From an uncultured Actinomycetota bacterium (GTDB lineage Bacteria; Actinomycetota; Actinomycetes; Propionibacteriales; Nocardioidaceae): DNA of 32,000 nucleotides. The notes beneath the pieces were generated by a model, which was given only the letters and a program-made list of their open reading frames with translations, was not told the origin of the DNA and searched no databases. Every line of letters starts with the position of its first letter. The first letter of the stretch is position 1. A program made the translations under genes and the position numbers. The stretch lies in contig CAWFKC010000003.1 in NCBI GenBank assembly GCA_963816325.1, positions 19,643-51,642 on the forward strand, written 5' to 3'. This document shows positions 29,905 to 32,000 of the stretch, piece after piece.

Positions 29905-31548
29905 CTACTGCGCCGGGGGCTTCCGCGCCGCCGCCTTCTTCCCGGCCGTGCTCTTCGCCGCAGCCTTCTTCGTGGCCGTCTTCTTCATGGCCGTCTTCTT
30001 CGTGGCGACATTCTTCGCCGCGGGTCCCTGTGCCGCAGCCTTCTTCGGAGCGGGGGTCGTCTCGGCGGCGTTCGGGTCGGCGGGGTTCGTCTCGGCGGGC
30101 ACCAGCGCGACCAGCTCGGTGATCGCGTCCTGGAGGTAGCCGATCAGGTTCCACACGTCCGGCACCATCTCCCGGCACACGATCAGGCCGAAGTCGAGGT
30201 CGCCGTCGTAGGAGAACAGCGTGATGTTCAGCCCACCGGTCATGTCCGTGACCGCCGACACCGGGTAGATGCCCTCCACCTTGGCGCCGGCGATGTAGAG
30301 CGGCAGCTGCGGACCCGGCACGTTGCTGACGAACAGGTTGAACAGCAGCCCCGGCACGGTCGCGAGCTTGAACAGCGCGCGGGCGGCCAGCCCCGACAGC
30401 GCGGTCGGGATCAGCGTCGAGAGGTCCTGCAGCAGGGAGGCGGGCACCGCCTCGAAGTGCTGCTTGGCCTCCCGCATCGAGGAGCGCATGAAGCGCAGCC
30501 GCTCCTCGGGGTCGACCAGGTGCGTGGGCAGCTCGGCGAGCATCACCGAGACCTGGTTGCCGTGCGAGCCGCGCTGGTCGTCGGTGCGGACGGAGACGGG
30601 TACGGCGGCCACCAGCGGTGTCCGGGGCAGGGCGTCGTGGTCGAGCAGCCAGCGGCGCAGAGCGGCCGTGGTCAGCACCATCACCACGTCGTTGACGGTC
30701 ATGTCGAAGTGGTTCTTGACCCGCTTCACGTCCTCGAGCGGCAGCGACCCGAACGCGAACCGGCGGTGGGCGGTGATCGTGCCGTTGAGCGGTGTGCGTG
30801 GGGGCTTCAGGTTCCGCCCGTGAGTCTGGGGCGCGTCCTGGCCGACCAGCCGCCCCACGGCGCCGGCGGTCTCGCTGAGCAGCCGGGCGCCGGGGAAGTT
30901 GGTGGCACCGGGCAGCTCATCGACGTACGCCAGCGACTTGGGCACCGACCGGGCCAGCTCCAGCGGGTTCAGCGCCAGCGCCGTGACTCCCCGCCGCACC
31001 AGGTCGAGGGTGCTCGGCATCCGTCGGGGCACGAACGGCTCGTCGGGGGGCGGCACGTCACGCGGCTCCACGGTGAGGTCCATGAGCGTCTCGAGGATCT
31101 CCGCTCCGGAGACGCCGTCGATCGCCGCGTGGTGGATCTTGGAGTAGAAGGCGACCTTGCCGTCCTGCAGGCCGCTGATGACGTAGGCCTCCCACAGCGG
31201 GCGGCTCCGGTCGAGCTGGCGGGCATGGATCCGGGCCACCTGCTCGCCGAGCTGCTGCGGGGTCCCCGGCACGGGCAGCGCCAGCTCGCGCAGGTGGAAC
31301 TCGATGTCGAAGTGCGGGTCGTCGACCCAGTAGGGGCGGCCGAGCCCGAACGGCATCTCGACGAGCCGCTGGTGCAGCGGCGGCGCCAGGTGCAGACGTG
31401 GCTCGAAGATCGCGCGGACGCTCTCGAGGTTCCACACCCCGCCCGGCGCCGTGGACGGGTCGAGGACCACGAGGCTGCCGACGTGGCCGACGGTGGTCGG
31501 CGACTCGACGTTGAGGAACTGGGCGTCGAGCGAACTCAGCTGTCGCAT
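29905..31548 (-). CDS. WS/DGAT acyltransferase with a Lys/Ala-rich basic C-terminal tail
   Basis: 547 aa: MRQLSSLDAQFLNVESPTTVGHVGSLVVL, catalytic HHAAIDGVSG (HH codons at 31129-31134), and FNLFVSNVPGPQLPLYIAGAKVEGIYPVS. The last roughly 50 aa are PAPKKAAAQGPAAKNVATKKTAMKKTATKKAAAKSTAGKKAAARKPPAQ. Confidence 0.92.
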   Translation of the reverse strand: MRQLSSLDAQFLNVESPTTVGHVGSLVVLDPSTAPGGVWNLESVRAIFEPRLHLAPPLHQRLVEMPFGLGRPYWVDDPHFDIEFHLRELALPVPGTPQQLGEQVARIHARQLDRSRPLWEAYVISGLQDGKVAFYSKIHHAAIDGVSGAEILETLMDLTVEPRDVPPPDEPFVPRRMPSTLDLVRRGVTALALNPLELARSVPKSLAYVDELPGATNFPGARLLSETAGAVGRLVGQDAPQTHGRNLKPPRTPLNGTITAHRRFAFGSLPLEDVKRVKNHFDMTVNDVVMVLTTAALRRWLLDHDALPRTPLVAAVPVSVRTDDQRGSHGNQVSVMLAELPTHLVDPEERLRFMRSSMREAKQHFEAVPASLLQDLSTLIPTALSGLAARALFKLATVPGLLFNLFVSNVPGPQLPLYIAGAKVEGIYPVSAVTDMTGGLNITLFSYDGDLDFGLIVCREMVPDVWNLIGYLQDAITELVALVPAETNPADPNAAETTPAPKKAAAQGPAAKNVATKKTAMKKTATKKAAAKSTAGKKAAARKPPAQ

Positions 31549-31626
31549 GCGTCAGTTCTACCCGATCACCCAGCGCCCCGCGTGGCCGCGCCCTGCGACG
31601 CCCTGTCGGCGCGGAGATCGGCCGCG

Positions 31627-32000
31627 TCAGCCGACGACGAGCACCGGACTGGGGTCGACGCCGAGGCGGACGCGACTCTCGGGCGTCAGCCGCACCGCCA
31701 GGCTGCTGGGCAGCTGCGCCATCACGTCCTGGCCGTCGTCGAGGCGGGTGAGGACGCGGGAGGTCGGGCCGAGGAACGACACCGCCACCACGCGCGCGTT
31801 GCCGTCGTCGGCCGGCTCCACGGTGACCGCCTCCGGGCGGACCAGCGCGACCCCTCGGCCCGACGTCAGCGAGCCGTCGACGGTCGGCACCCGGCAACCG
31901 AGCACGGTGACCTCGCGGCCGTCGACGTCGCCGGAGAGCTTGTTGCTCAGACCCACGAACTCCGCGACGAAGCGGGTCGAGGGGCGGGCGTAGAGCTCGT
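31627..32000 (-). CDS. ABC transporter ATP-binding protein, C-terminal part only (5' end outside window)
   Basis: The reverse frame reads ELYARPSTRFVAEFVGLSNKLSGDVDGREVTVLG...RVVAVSFLGPTSRVLTRLDDGQDVMAQLP...: the ELYxxPxxxFVAxFxG block followed by a TOBE-like domain, as in CysA/PotA/MalK-type importer ATPases. Confidence 0.75.
   Translation of the reverse strand, partial: ELYARPSTRFVAEFVGLSNKLSGDVDGREVTVLGCRVPTVDGSLTSGRGVALVRPEAVTVEPADDGNARVVAVSFLGPTSRVLTRLDDGQDVMAQLPSSLAVRLTPESRVRLGVDPSPVLVVG

Noticed and set aside
29948-30139. A 63-aa plus-strand ORF (MLFAAAFFVAVFFMAVFFVATFF...) that looks like a hydrophobic peptide.
   Set aside because: It is the antisense reading of the Lys/Ala-rich tail codons of the WS/DGAT gene (AAG/GCC read backwards give Phe/Ala). 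It is an artefact of the repeat composition.

Overview
This is a high-GC chromosomal window. It looks actinobacterial and Nocardioidaceae/Propionibacteriales-like by composition and synteny, which is inference only. About 34 genes can be supported. I saw no rRNA, tRNA, CRISPR array, integrase or transposase.

The edges are conserved housekeeping backbone: an APC permease, ispH, xseA-xseB and a DUF4245 gene on the left, and glpX plus a PfkB kinase on the right.

Between DUF4245 and glpX lie about 21.5 kb of accessory-looking content:
- a decayed ArsB/NhaD-type permease relic and an F420/LLM oxidoreductase;
- a three-gene translationally coupled module, headed by an unusual single-ORF fusion of an MGDG-synthase-like GT28 glycosyltransferase with a WS/DGAT acyltransferase, followed by a DMT-like membrane protein and an SDR;
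- convergent to that module, an eight-gene hopanoid operon on the minus strand (dxs-hpnC-hpnD-hpnE-polyprenyl synthase-shc-hpnG::ispH-hpnH). Every junction is a 1-4 nt start/stop overlap, and hpnG is fused in frame to a second ispH with all catalytic motifs intact;
- a MarR gene and a locally AT-rich leader with two 19-nt direct repeats upstream of dxs;
- an HTH+TOBE regulator with modABC, flanked by two sets of triple repeats that share a CCGAnnCGGCG-type core. The downstream set is in frame in the annotated modA 5' end and encodes TRRDF three times.

The right end carries a neutral-lipid neighbourhood: two alpha/beta hydrolases and a WS/DGAT with a Lys/Ala-rich, HBHA/histone-H1-like C-terminal tail.

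Most long track ORFs lying antisense to these genes are high-GC shadow ORFs. All functional calls rest on motif recognition by eye, since no searches could be run.
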